Shown here piece after piece: positions 28,277 through 37,233 of a DNA stretch of 64,000 nt. The notes below the pieces were generated by a model, which was given only the letters and a program-made list of their open reading frames with translations, ran no database searches and was not told where the DNA came from. This stretch comes from Clostridia bacterium (lineage in GTDB: Bacteria > Bacillota > Clostridia > Christensenellales > SZUA-584). The translations under genes and the position numbers were made by a program. Every line of letters begins with the position of its first letter. Within the stretch, counting starts at the first letter, position 1. Location: positions 40,298 to 104,297 of the forward strand of contig JABGQS010000001.1 in NCBI GenBank assembly GCA_018648645.1, read 5' to 3'.

Positions 28277-29935
28277 CTAAATATATTTGAGCTTTATATC
28301 GTTGTCATCTCTGCATAGAACAATGCGTCTCATATAGTTTTCGTCGTCGCGCAGGGGATAGTCCTCGCGATAGTGTGCGCCGCGACTTTCCTTGCGCGCC
28401 TGCATGGTGAGAAGAGCCAGATGTGCCATCTTAAGCGAATGTCGTGCTGCTACGGCGTCTCGAATTGTATCTCCTGCTGCAATCGCTTGGTCTGCGCTGA
28501 ACGCTTTTTGCAGAGCGGCGACCTGAAGCAGGCCTTTCTGCAAACCTGCCTCTGTGCGCATGATGTTGGCGAAGCTGTCGAACGTATTTCGTATTCCGGT
28601 CATCACTTCGCTTGCTGACAATCCACTGTTGCCGCTTGACAACACATCGGAAAACTGCTGCATCGCCTGCGCGTCTGTGGCTGTGTTTGGCGACTTGCCC
28701 TGCCTTTTTATGACGCTTTGCGCTGCGCGTTTGCCGAACACAAAACAACAGCCGCTTGCCAATCCGCCGACTCTGTCTGCGCCGTGCAGACCGCCGGCAA
28801 CTTCGCCTGCGGCAAACAGACCGTCGACGCCCGTTTCACTATGCTCGTTTATGAAGACACCGCCGTTGGTGGAGTTACCGAACGGTGCCATCGTTAATCT
28901 GTCGTTTATGACATCGATATTTTGCCGTTTCATGTTGGCGACTTGCAGGATAATCGAGGGGTTGTCGGATTTGAGTATTTCTGGTGAGAAGGTAATTTCG
29001 CATGCATCCTGTCTGCCTGTCTTGAGAATCTCTTTTAGTGACGCGATGTCGAAGTACTTTGAATAGTCTTCGCTGGTGAAGGGACCGTGACCGCTTCGGC
29101 TGTCGATGCACCGGCGCGCGGTTACGCCCTGCGGCAAATACGGCGAAAGAATGTCGTTGCCGTCTGTATCAAAAACGCCATCGAGATACAGCATGGCGGT
29201 TTCGGGCACGGATGCGTTGTATGTGGGGGTGATAAAGCACGGTAAAAACTGCACGAATTCTAAGTTAATCAGCTTTGCACCGGCCTCGTACGCCATGATT
29301 TGACCGAGCCCGCTGGTGTCGGCTGTGTTGGTGTTGTTTGTATACAGCCCGGCGAACCCGCCTGTCGCGAGTATAATGTTGTTGGTTTTGACGTGCGTCA
29401 GGTTGCCCGTTTTGTCTGCGACGACTGCGCCCTGCACGGATTTGTTTTTGCTGACGATGTGCACTACGTCGCTGTGTTCCATGATGGTCAGGTTCGGGAA
29501 CTCGTTGAACGCCGTGCGAACGTTGCGCTTGATTGTGGCAAAATCGTTCCACATGAAAATGTCGCGGTCGCGCGTTGCAAAGCACGCCTTTCGACCAAGA
29601 AGCTTGCTTGTGGGGAAGCCCATTTCCTCCAGCTCCGAAACACGCTGCGCGATTTCGTTTACAAACGTTTCGCTCATGAGAGTGTCGTTCATGCCTGCGC
29701 CCGCATCGTTTAGCTCTTGCACAAAAAGTGCCTTGTCAGCTTCGTCCACAGGCGAAAGACAGCCGCAGCCCGTCATCAAAGGATAGTAGCTGGACCCCGA
29801 GCACACGCGCGATTTTACAACGAGCAGTACATCAAGCCCCGCTTTGCAGCATTCATAAGTTGCTTTGATGCCTGCGTATCCGCTGCCCGCGATAACAACG
29901 TCGGCATGCACGGTTGCGTCAAATTTTATTTTCAT
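28277..29935 (-). CDS. SdhA/FrdA/NadB-fold FAD-binding protein, substrate unknown
   Basis: GSGYAG, LATGG, NLEFVQF, GLFAAGE..GG.HGADR, ESRGAH.REDYP. Confidence 0.85.
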   Translation of the reverse strand: MKIKFDATVHADVVIAGSGYAGIKATYECCKAGLDVLLVVKSRVCSGSSYYPLMTGCGCLSPVDEADKALFVQELNDAGAGMNDTLMSETFVNEIAQRVSELEEMGFPTSKLLGRKACFATRDRDIFMWNDFATIKRNVRTAFNEFPNLTIMEHSDVVHIVSKNKSVQGAVVADKTGNLTHVKTNNIILATGGFAGLYTNNTNTADTSGLGQIMAYEAGAKLINLEFVQFLPCFITPTYNASVPETAMLYLDGVFDTDGNDILSPYLPQGVTARRCIDSRSGHGPFTSEDYSKYFDIASLKEILKTGRQDACEITFSPEILKSDNPSIILQVANMKRQNIDVINDRLTMAPFGNSTNGGVFINEHSETGVDGLFAAGEVAGGLHGADRVGGLASGCCFVFGKRAAQSVIKRQGKSPNTATDAQAMQQFSDVLSSGNSGLSASEVMTGIRNTFDSFANIMRTEAGLQKGLLQVAALQKAFSADQAIAAGDTIRDAVAARHSLKMAHLALLTMQARKESRGAHYREDYPLRDDENYMRRIVLCRDDNDIKLKYI

Positions 29936-29989
29936 GTGGATTTCTCCTTTTAAATTAATCGAAATGGAGTTGGTTTCAGATATGATTGG

Positions 29990-30448
29990 TTAGTCTTGAT
30001 CTATTATTGAATCGAGCATTAGGCGCGCTTTCAGGTCGTCGCCCGACAATGACGAGCGGTGCAAATGGCCGGCGTGCTTGTTGCGCGCGGCGTTGATGTA
30101 GAGCTTCAGCTCGCCGGGAGTGATGCGTATTGCGCCCGCTTCGAAAACGGACAGTTGCTCGAGATAGTCCGCGGTGACGACTTTTAACCGTCGTTTGCTT
30201 TGCTTGACCGTGCGCTGAATGTATGTGTCGGCAGTGACGCCGTGCTCGGTATAGACCACTGTGACCAGCCCCTGTTTTTCTTCGATGCCCGCAGTTTTTT
30301 TGTTGTATGCGTCAAAAACCACTGTGATATTCTCGCCCGAAAAGCCTGCGTAATCATCGAGGACATGCAAAAGCGTATGCCGGGCGTCCTCTAGATTAGC
30401 CACATCGAGACCCCACGCGTGGATTACGTTGTACCCGTCCACAAGCAT
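29990..30448 (-). CDS. NYN-domain endoribonuclease (YacP/Rae1 family)
   Basis: LVDGYNVI, VVFDA, TAD.YI, VVTAD; position after rlmB. Confidence 0.9.
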   Translation of the reverse strand: MLVDGYNVIHAWGLDVANLEDARHTLLHVLDDYAGFSGENITVVFDAYNKKTAGIEEKQGLVTVVYTEHGVTADTYIQRTVKQSKRRLKVVTADYLEQLSVFEAGAIRITPGELKLYINAARNKHAGHLHRSSLSGDDLKARLMLDSIIDQD

Positions 30449-31197
30449 TAGAGTAAATCCTGCCGTGCTTTTTCGTACATGAGCACGCCTGCCGCGACCG
30501 ACGCGTTCAGCGAGCCTGTCTGCCCCTTCATAGGTATGCTGGCCAGAAGGTCGCAGTTCTCGAGCACGAGGCGGGAGATGCCTTCACCTTCGCTGCCGAT
30601 AACGAGCGCGATTGGACCCTTCAAATTCAGCGTGTCTGCACGCTCGCCTGTTTGCTCTGCGGCGACAATCCAAAGCCCTTTGTCCTTTAGCTCTTTGATG
30701 GTTTCGGTCAGGTTGGTGACTTTGACGATTGGTAAAAGCTCTGCTGCGCCCGAGCTTGTTTTGTATGCGACGGCGGAGAGCGATGCGCTTCTTCGTTTGC
30801 CGAGGATGACGCCGTGTGCGCCCAAAACCTCTGCGCTTCGGATGATGGAACCGAGGTTCCCTTCGTCCGTGATGCTGTCTAGTATAACGACAAACGGAGG
30901 CTGTGCCCGCTGCTCTGCGAGCTCAAAAACGTCGCTTAGCTCGCTGTAGTCCTTTGCTGCGACAACCGCAACAACGCCTTGATGATTTGCGGGGTTTCCG
31001 CCGTGTCCAAACTCCATAGTCAAGCTGTCGAGCTTACGCTTGTCCACCCGAACGATGGGCAGCTTATGTTTTTTTGCCAGCGATAAAATCTCCCGTACGC
31101 TTGGGTCGTCGATGTCCTTTGCGGCGAGTATTTTGTCGAGTGGTCTGTCCGATTTGATTGCTGCTTTTACTGTGTTTCTTCCAAAAATTACGTCCAT
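30448..31197 (-). CDS. rlmB: 23S rRNA Gm2251 2'-O-methyltransferase RlmB
   Basis: HQGVVA, NLGSIIRSA, GSEGEG, SLNASVA. Confidence 0.93.
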   Translation of the reverse strand: MDVIFGRNTVKAAIKSDRPLDKILAAKDIDDPSVREILSLAKKHKLPIVRVDKRKLDSLTMEFGHGGNPANHQGVVAVVAAKDYSELSDVFELAEQRAQPPFVVILDSITDEGNLGSIIRSAEVLGAHGVILGKRRSASLSAVAYKTSSGAAELLPIVKVTNLTETIKELKDKGLWIVAAEQTGERADTLNLKGPIALVIGSEGEGISRLVLENCDLLASIPMKGQTGSLNASVAAGVLMYEKARQDLL

Positions 31198-31218
31198 TTA
31201 TTCCCCTTTGATTTGCGA

Positions 31219-31638
31219 TTATTTTCCCTTTAAAAAGTGAGCGATTACAATGCCCATCAATTCGTCCATGCGCGCGGTTTGTCCTGTTAAATACAAATAT
31301 CCAATGACCGCTTCGATTGCTGTAGCCATCGAATAGTCCTGAAAGCTCATGTTCTTTGGCGGACGTGATTTTGTGTTTTTACCGTAGCCAAAAATCTCGC
31401 GCTCGCGCTCGCTAAGCTGTGGCAAGACAAGCGTCGCGGCAGCTGCCTGAGCCTTTGCGTTGACAACGCCGGAAGCCAGCTTGTGCAAAGCCTGCACCTT
31501 GCCCATCTGTTTTTTGACGATATGTGTGCGCACGTAAAGGTCGTACACCGTGTCGCCGATGTACGCTAGATTAAGCGCGCTGAACTCGCGTATTTTGTTG
31601 TCGCTGACCACAGCGTTTATATCATGTGTTTCCATCAA
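31219..31638 (-). CDS. mrnC: Mini-ribonuclease III
   Basis: LAYIGD.VYDLYVR, VNAKAQA, AT..EA..GYLYL. Confidence 0.92.
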   Translation of the reverse strand: MMETHDINAVVSDNKIREFSALNLAYIGDTVYDLYVRTHIVKKQMGKVQALHKLASGVVNAKAQAAAATLVLPQLSEREREIFGYGKNTKSRPPKNMSFQDYSMATAIEAVIGYLYLTGQTARMDELMGIVIAHFLKGK

Positions 31639-31708
31639 AACTGATTATAACATAATTGGCGGATATAACAAGCGGGCGGGAGGAAAAAAGAGTGATGGGG
31701 GAGGAAGG

Positions 31709-32071
31709 CTATTTGTGTTTGTTTACGTTTTTAGTTGCGATGATTTTGCACGAGTCGTCTTGAAACACGACATCGCCGGACAATACAGGCGCGGGTAGTT
31801 GCAGCCCTTTTAGTATGGTCACATACTTTGAAATATCGGTCAACGGGATTTGCCCTTCGCTACGTGTGCTGATAAGCGGAAGGGTGCCGCCACTGACGAG
31901 CACGCTGAACGTTAAGGTACGCATTGGGTTGGTGATTTCCTGCAGCGCAAAATCGTGCGCGCGTTTGCATGTGCCACCCGTAAGGCTGGTAATCTCTTTG
32001 GTGCTTTCATCGTATTCGATTTTGAGGTGGCAGCTGTTTGGGCACAGTACGCACATAATCTCTTTATTCAT
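31709..32071 (-). CDS. DUF1667-type small Cys-containing subunit
   Basis: CVLCPNSC...G.TC.R...FA.QE...P.R; third gene of the oxidoreductase trio. Confidence 0.85.
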   Translation of the reverse strand: MNKEIMCVLCPNSCHLKIEYDESTKEITSLTGGTCKRAHDFALQEITNPMRTLTFSVLVSGGTLPLISTRSEGQIPLTDISKYVTILKGLQLPAPVLSGDVVFQDDSCKIIATKNVNKHK

Positions 32072-33317
32072 TTAATTGCACCACAATCCTTTTGGCTAGA
32101 GAAATCTCTTCTTTGCTCAGTTTGATATGTATCATTTCGGCGGGAATCAGTCTGTCAAAGTGTTTGGTATGCAGTATTGTTTGACCATTCATAAACGTTA
32201 TATCGCCGCCGTCGTAGTGCGGGGTTTTGACGCGCATGGCGAACGTTACGTCCTTGGTGCCTGAGACGGTGTTGGGCGTGACGTACGAGATGCCGCTGCC
32301 CGCGGTTACTTTGATATCGCACGCACAGACTTGGTCGCCCATGATGTAGTCGTATGCGCATTTGCCGGTGTATTCGCTTTCGAGAGAGACCCAATCGACA
32401 AGGTCGTTGACGTGCAGCACGTTGCCGCAGCAAAACAATCCGTCGTGACTTGTCATGTTGTTCTCGTTGACGTACGCGCCGTTGGTGTTCTCGTATATTT
32501 TGGTGCCGCTCGGCAAAAGCTCTATTTCGGGCAGCAGACCGACAGCGAGAATCAGCGTATCGCAATCGATTGTTCGACTGGTGCCGGTGAGGCACAGGTG
32601 CTCGTCAAAGTCGGAAATTGTCACGGCAGTCAGAGCAGGGTAGCCGTGAATGCGCGTCACCGATTTTTGCAGATGCAACGGAATGTCGAAGTCGTTTAGA
32701 CACTGTTGGACATTGCGCAGAAGCCCGCTTGGGTATGGCAGAATCTCGTATACGCCGAGTACTTTTGCGCCTTCGAGGGTCAATCGTCGTGCCATGATGA
32801 GCCCGATGTCGCCGCTGCCCACGATGACCACGCGACTGCCGACCTTGATGTTTTGTAGATTAACGAGGTTTTGCACGGTGCCTGCTGTGTATACACCGCT
32901 GGGGTGCGTGCCCGCAACGCCGATGTTAAACGCTGTGCGCTCGCGGCAGCCCATGGCGAAAATAACTGTTTTGTAACGTATGCCGATGTAGCCCGATTTG
33001 CTGTTGAGGGTCATGGTGCCATCCGCTATTTGCGTGGCGTAGCTGTTCGTCATAATCTCGATATTGCTATCATAAACTTCGTCTTCGTATCGCTGCGAGT
33101 ATTCGGGACCTGTGAGTATCTCTTTAAAAATGTGCAGACCAAAACCATCGTGGATGCATTGCAGCAATATTCCGCCAAGGAGCTCATTACGCTCGACGAT
33201 GAGGATGCTGCAATTCGTATCGCCCTGCGACTGTGCCTGCGCCTTTGCACCTAGCGCCGCGGCAAGCCCTGCCGGGCCTCCTCCGATTATAACGATGTCT
33301 TTTTCGATATAGTTCAT
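32064..33317 (-). CDS. NAD(P)/FAD-dependent pyridine nucleotide-disulfide oxidoreductase subunit
   Basis: GGGPAG, GGIL.QCIH.GFG, GCRER, GSGDIGLIMARRL, CGNVLHV.DLVD. Confidence 0.9.
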   Translation of the reverse strand: MNYIEKDIVIIGGGPAGLAAALGAKAQAQSQGDTNCSILIVERNELLGGILLQCIHDGFGLHIFKEILTGPEYSQRYEDEVYDSNIEIMTNSYATQIADGTMTLNSKSGYIGIRYKTVIFAMGCRERTAFNIGVAGTHPSGVYTAGTVQNLVNLQNIKVGSRVVIVGSGDIGLIMARRLTLEGAKVLGVYEILPYPSGLLRNVQQCLNDFDIPLHLQKSVTRIHGYPALTAVTISDFDEHLCLTGTSRTIDCDTLILAVGLLPEIELLPSGTKIYENTNGAYVNENNMTSHDGLFCCGNVLHVNDLVDWVSLESEYTGKCAYDYIMGDQVCACDIKVTAGSGISYVTPNTVSGTKDVTFAMRVKTPHYDGGDITFMNGQTILHTKHFDRLIPAEMIHIKLSKEEISLAKRIVVQLNE

Positions 33318-33322
33318 AATAC

Positions 33323-34795
33323 CTATTTGCCTCTCAGCTTGGTGAACATCTGTGTATTTTTGCCGCTTGCTGTAATGTCTTGCGCAGATATGCCAAACTC
33401 CTGCTCTAGCACTGATGTAATCTTTGGCAGACAAAAGCCGCTTTGGCATCTGCCCATCATGGCACCTGTGCGCATCTTCATGCTGCGCAGCGATGTTGCG
33501 CCGAGCGGGTTGTTATATGCTGTGATGAGCTCTGCGCGCGTTACCTGCTCGCAACGGCATACGATGTCGCCGTAGTTTGGGTCGGATGCAACAGCTTCAA
33601 TGCGCTCATCATCGCTCATATTTCTGTATTTCGCTGCGGCTTTGGGCAAGTATGCCCAGTCGGTTTTTTTGGTGAGCTTGAGATGATTTTTCACCATGGG
33701 CAGAATCATTTCTGCGATGGCGGGCGCGGCGGTAAGCCCCGGGCTTTCGATGCCGACAGTGTTGATGAAGCCGGCGATGTCGTCTCTGTCTTCGATAACA
33801 AAATCAGCATTGCCGCCGATCTCGGGCGGTGTCAGCTTTGGACGAAGCCCAGAGAAGTGTCGTATGAAATCGCTCGTTGTTAGCCCCGGCATCATGTTGT
33901 GCCCGACGGTACTGAGCGCACCAAGAACATCTGCTGTGCAGGAATATCCGTCGTCGAAACTTGTATACTCTGCGCTTGGACCAATCATGATGTTGCCGCG
34001 CGTTGTGGGTGTAAGATGTATGCCGAGACCCGGCTCGTCCGCTCTGGGTGTTGGGTAGACTAGCGTGTGCAAACCGCCGCTCTTTGCGCGGTCGAGAATC
34101 CAATACTCGCCTTTGCACGGGTATACGCAATAGTCGTCGATACCGAGCATTTTGCAGATTTGGTCGGCGAAAAGCCCTGCGCAGTTGATTAACACTTTGG
34201 ACGTGAAAGATTGACCGATCGCTTTGACAGAAAAGCCGTCATGGAGGTGGTCTATACCAGTTATCGTCGTGTTCAGATATATGTCTACACCGTTTGCCAG
34301 CGCGGTCTCTGCCATGTTGATGGTCAGCTGGTATGGGTTCACGATGCTGCTGGACGGCGAGTATAGTGCACCGATGCCTTTTGCGCCCGGTTGTATTTTC
34401 TCGATAGTATATGCGTCAACAATCTGTAGATCGGGCACACCGTTTTGCTTGCCTTGGTCGAGCAGTCGCTCTAGGGTTTTGACATCCTCGTCGGTTCGTG
34501 CAACGGTCAGTTTACCGATGTTGTCAAACTCGACACCGAGATTTTTGGTCATCCGGAAGAGCATCTCGTTTCCGCGCACGGATAGGCGCGCTCTAAGCGA
34601 GCCCGGCGAGTAGTTGAAGCCGGAGTGTGAGACACCGCTGTTTCGAGAGCTTGTCTGCTGCCCGACATCGCTGTCCTTCTCCAGCAGCGCGGTTTTGATG
34701 TTGTATCGGCTGAGCTCCAGCGCAATCGCCGCGCCGACAACACCGCCGCCGACGATTACTACATCAAAGTTTTTAGCCACATTTTTGTCTGTCAA
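33323..34795 (-). CDS. FAD-dependent oxidoreductase with C-terminal BFD-like [2Fe-2S] domain (glycerol-3-phosphate/2-hydroxyacid dehydrogenase-like)
   Basis: GGGVVG, SSRNSG..H.G, GIESPGLTAAP, IVCRCE.V, G.CQ.GFC. Confidence 0.9.
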   Translation of the reverse strand: MTDKNVAKNFDVVIVGGGVVGAAIALELSRYNIKTALLEKDSDVGQQTSSRNSGVSHSGFNYSPGSLRARLSVRGNEMLFRMTKNLGVEFDNIGKLTVARTDEDVKTLERLLDQGKQNGVPDLQIVDAYTIEKIQPGAKGIGALYSPSSSIVNPYQLTINMAETALANGVDIYLNTTITGIDHLHDGFSVKAIGQSFTSKVLINCAGLFADQICKMLGIDDYCVYPCKGEYWILDRAKSGGLHTLVYPTPRADEPGLGIHLTPTTRGNIMIGPSAEYTSFDDGYSCTADVLGALSTVGHNMMPGLTTSDFIRHFSGLRPKLTPPEIGGNADFVIEDRDDIAGFINTVGIESPGLTAAPAIAEMILPMVKNHLKLTKKTDWAYLPKAAAKYRNMSDDERIEAVASDPNYGDIVCRCEQVTRAELITAYNNPLGATSLRSMKMRTGAMMGRCQSGFCLPKITSVLEQEFGISAQDITASGKNTQMFTKLRGK

Positions 34796-34919
34796 TGGAT
34801 TTACCTCGTATAATCACATTTGCTACAGTATATCATATGTATGGTGAGCGGATAAATAAAAAGTTGCAATGATGCGACTTCTTTTATATAATTACGGTAG
34901 CGAAACGAGGAGGAAACAC

Positions 34920-35066
34920 ATGAAGAATATTAAAGTAGTTGTAAAGGGCAACCTCAAAGACAACGTTAAAAAGACAGGATGCGGCGAGTGCCAGACGTCT
35001 TGTCAATCGGCATGCAAAACGTCGTGTACGCTTGCAAACCAGAAGTGTGAGAATAAGTACAGATAG
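34920..35066 (+). CDS. scfA: SCIFF six-cysteine ranthipeptide precursor
   Basis: GCGECQTSCQSACKTSCTLANQKCE; RBS aggagg. Confidence 0.98.
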   Translation: MKNIKVVVKGNLKDNVKKTGCGECQTSCQSACKTSCTLANQKCENKYR

Positions 35067-35147
35067 TAGACAGACATAAAAAACAAGCAATCAACTTTTG
35101 GGTGTTCAGTTATGCTGGGTGCCTAATTTGATTTTAGGGAGATAAAC

Positions 35148-36470
35148 TTGGTACACACGTTTGAGTACAAAAACGAATATTTTGCGCTGGATGTGCAGAG
35201 TGGCAGCGTGCTTGCGGTTGACAAAAGCGCGTATGAAGCGATAGGTGTGCTTTGCCGTTTGGACAACATTGATGCGGCACTAGCAAGCAACAGCGATGAT
35301 CCGATATACGCGCAGATTAGGGAGCTGAGAGACGAAGGGCTGTTGTTCTCTGCTGAGGAGCAGTGCGAGCAAGCTGAGCCGAGCGTCATTAAGGCGATGT
35401 GTTTGCACCTCGCGCACGACTGCAACCTGCGGTGCGAGTATTGCTTTGCAAAAGGCGGCGCGTTTGATGGCAAGCGCGAGCTGATGAGCGTGGGCGTGGC
35501 AAAGGCGGCGATTGATTATTTGGTTGCGGCATCAGGAAGCCGACGCAATTTGGAGATTGACTTTTTTGGCGGAGAGCCGCTGCTGAACTTTGGTGTGCTG
35601 AAGCAAACGGTTGAGTATGCGCGCAGCATCGAGGTGCAAAACGAGAAGAATTTTAGATTTACCGTGACAACAAACGGGTATAAAATCACGGACGAGATGG
35701 AACGGTACTTGAACGAGAATATGGACAACCTCGTCATCAGTATAGACGGGCGTGAGCAGGTGCACGATGCTACGCGCAAGACGGTGGGCGGCAAAGGCAG
35801 CTACGCAAGAGTTGTGGAGAATGCCAAAAAGCTGACACTAAACCGACAGGGTGAGTATTATGTGCGCGGAACGTTTACGGCGGACAATCTCGATTTTGCG
35901 AGCGATGTGCTGCATGTGGCGGATTTGGGGTTTTACGGCGTGTCGATTGAGCCGGTGGTGACAACAATGGACAACGCGATAAAGCGCGAGCATTTGGATG
36001 CGATATATACCGAGTACGAAAGGCTGGCGGACGAGTATGTGAAGCGCGAAAAGCAAGGCGATGGGTTTGTGTTCTTTCACTTCATGGTGGATTTAACCGG
36101 CGGACCGTGCAGGAAAAAGCGTATACGCGGGTGTGGCGCGGGGACGGAGTATATCGCGGTGGCACCGAACGGCGACATATATCCTTGTCACCAGTTTGTG
36201 CAACAGTATGAGTATAAGATGGGCAGCGTGTTTGAGACAGGGCTGGACAGCGAAATTGCGAAGCAGTTTGACGATGCGGACATATACCATATTGAAGGAT
36301 GCAGCGAGTGCTGGGCGAAGTATTATTGCAGCGGCGGGTGTGTGGCAGCGAACCAAAGCGTGAACGGCGATATGCTAAAGCGCTACGAGATTGGCTGCGA
36401 CATGCAGAAGAAGCGCCTCGAGATCGCCATCGGCATGGAAGCGAAAAGAAAACAGGAGTGTGAGCTATGA
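35148..36470 (+). CDS. scfB: SCIFF radical SAM/SPASM maturase
   Basis: CNLRCEYC, FFGGEPL, GCGAG.EY, YPCHQF, C..CWAK..CSGGC. Confidence 0.96.
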   Translation: MVHTFEYKNEYFALDVQSGSVLAVDKSAYEAIGVLCRLDNIDAALASNSDDPIYAQIRELRDEGLLFSAEEQCEQAEPSVIKAMCLHLAHDCNLRCEYCFAKGGAFDGKRELMSVGVAKAAIDYLVAASGSRRNLEIDFFGGEPLLNFGVLKQTVEYARSIEVQNEKNFRFTVTTNGYKITDEMERYLNENMDNLVISIDGREQVHDATRKTVGGKGSYARVVENAKKLTLNRQGEYYVRGTFTADNLDFASDVLHVADLGFYGVSIEPVVTTMDNAIKREHLDAIYTEYERLADEYVKREKQGDGFVFFHFMVDLTGGPCRKKRIRGCGAGTEYIAVAPNGDIYPCHQFVQQYEYKMGSVFETGLDSEIAKQFDDADIYHIEGCSECWAKYYCSGGCVAANQSVNGDMLKRYEIGCDMQKKRLEIAIGMEAKRKQECEL

Positions 36471-36982
36471 TACAGAGTGTGAATGAGCATTATCCCGAAG
36501 TGCCGGACAGCGCGTATGTGCACCCGAGTGCGGTGGTGATTGGCAACGTGACGCTTGGAGCAAATGCGAATGTGTGGCCAAACGCTGTGCTGAGGGGCGA
36601 CTTAAAGAATATCGACATCGGCGAGAACACCAACGTGCAGGACGGGAGTGTGCTGCACACGGGCAAGTATAACCTGAGCATCGGCGATAACGTCCTGGTT
36701 GGGCACAACGTTACGCTGCACTCGTGCGACATCGGGCGGAGCTGTATGATTGGCATGGGCGCGATTATTCTTGACGCGGCGAAGGTTGGTGAGAACTGCA
36801 TCATCGGTGCGGGAAGCGTGATTCCGCCGGGCGCGGTGATACCACCAGGCAGCGTTGTGATGGGCAATCCGTATAAGATAGCAAGAAAAACGACGCAGGA
36901 AGAGATCGAGTATATATTTGAGCATTGCACCAATTATGTGCAGCGGGCGAAGACGTATAAGAAGACGGCGAACATTTTGTAA
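36467..36982 (+). CDS. Gamma-carbonic anhydrase family hexapeptide-repeat protein
   Basis: VIGNV.LG, VLRGD, NVQDG.VLH, GH.V.LH.C.IG; start overlaps scfB stop (ATGA). Confidence 0.92.
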   Translation: MIQSVNEHYPEVPDSAYVHPSAVVIGNVTLGANANVWPNAVLRGDLKNIDIGENTNVQDGSVLHTGKYNLSIGDNVLVGHNVTLHSCDIGRSCMIGMGAIILDAAKVGENCIIGAGSVIPPGAVIPPGSVVMGNPYKIARKTTQEEIEYIFEHCTNYVQRAKTYKKTANIL

Positions 36983-37013
36983 GGCGAGAGCTTGGTTTGA
37001 ATAAGCAGAAATC

Positions 37014-37047
37014 AAAACAAGGGCTGTCAATCGACAGCCCTTGTTTT
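37014..37047. terminator. Bidirectional intrinsic terminator
   Basis: Perfect aaaacaagggctgtc-aatc-gacagcccttgtttt. Confidence 0.9.
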
Positions 37048-37087
37048 CAATATATCAAAGAAAATTTTCTCTTGTAAAATTTTCCTC

Positions 37088-37230
37088 TCGTTCACAAAAT
37101 CATAGATTTTGTGAACGATTCACCTTTAAAATACGCTTTTAAGTGAGGGGATTTCGCTATCTGCGGATAGCGATTTAGGGCGCCGCCCTAAAAACCCACA
37201 ATTTTTTGAAAAAAATTGAGTAAAACTTTG
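37088..37230. repeat. Cluster of five consecutive short palindromes (REP/MITE-like intergenic element)
   Basis: tcgttcacaaaatc/gattttgtgaacga; tcac..taaaa/tttta.gtga; tcgctatc/gatagcga; tttagggc/gccctaaa; caattttt/aaaaattg. Confidence 0.65.
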
Positions 37231-37233
37231 ATA

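Noticed and set aside
34796-34919. GlpP-target terminator upstream of the oxidoreductase trio
   Set aside because: No inverted repeat with a U tract is visible in this short divergent promoter region.
37090-37116. TTCACAA...TTGTGAA near ackA as a Rex operator
   Set aside because: Half-sites are in the reverse order with the wrong spacing, and lie between convergent gene ends.
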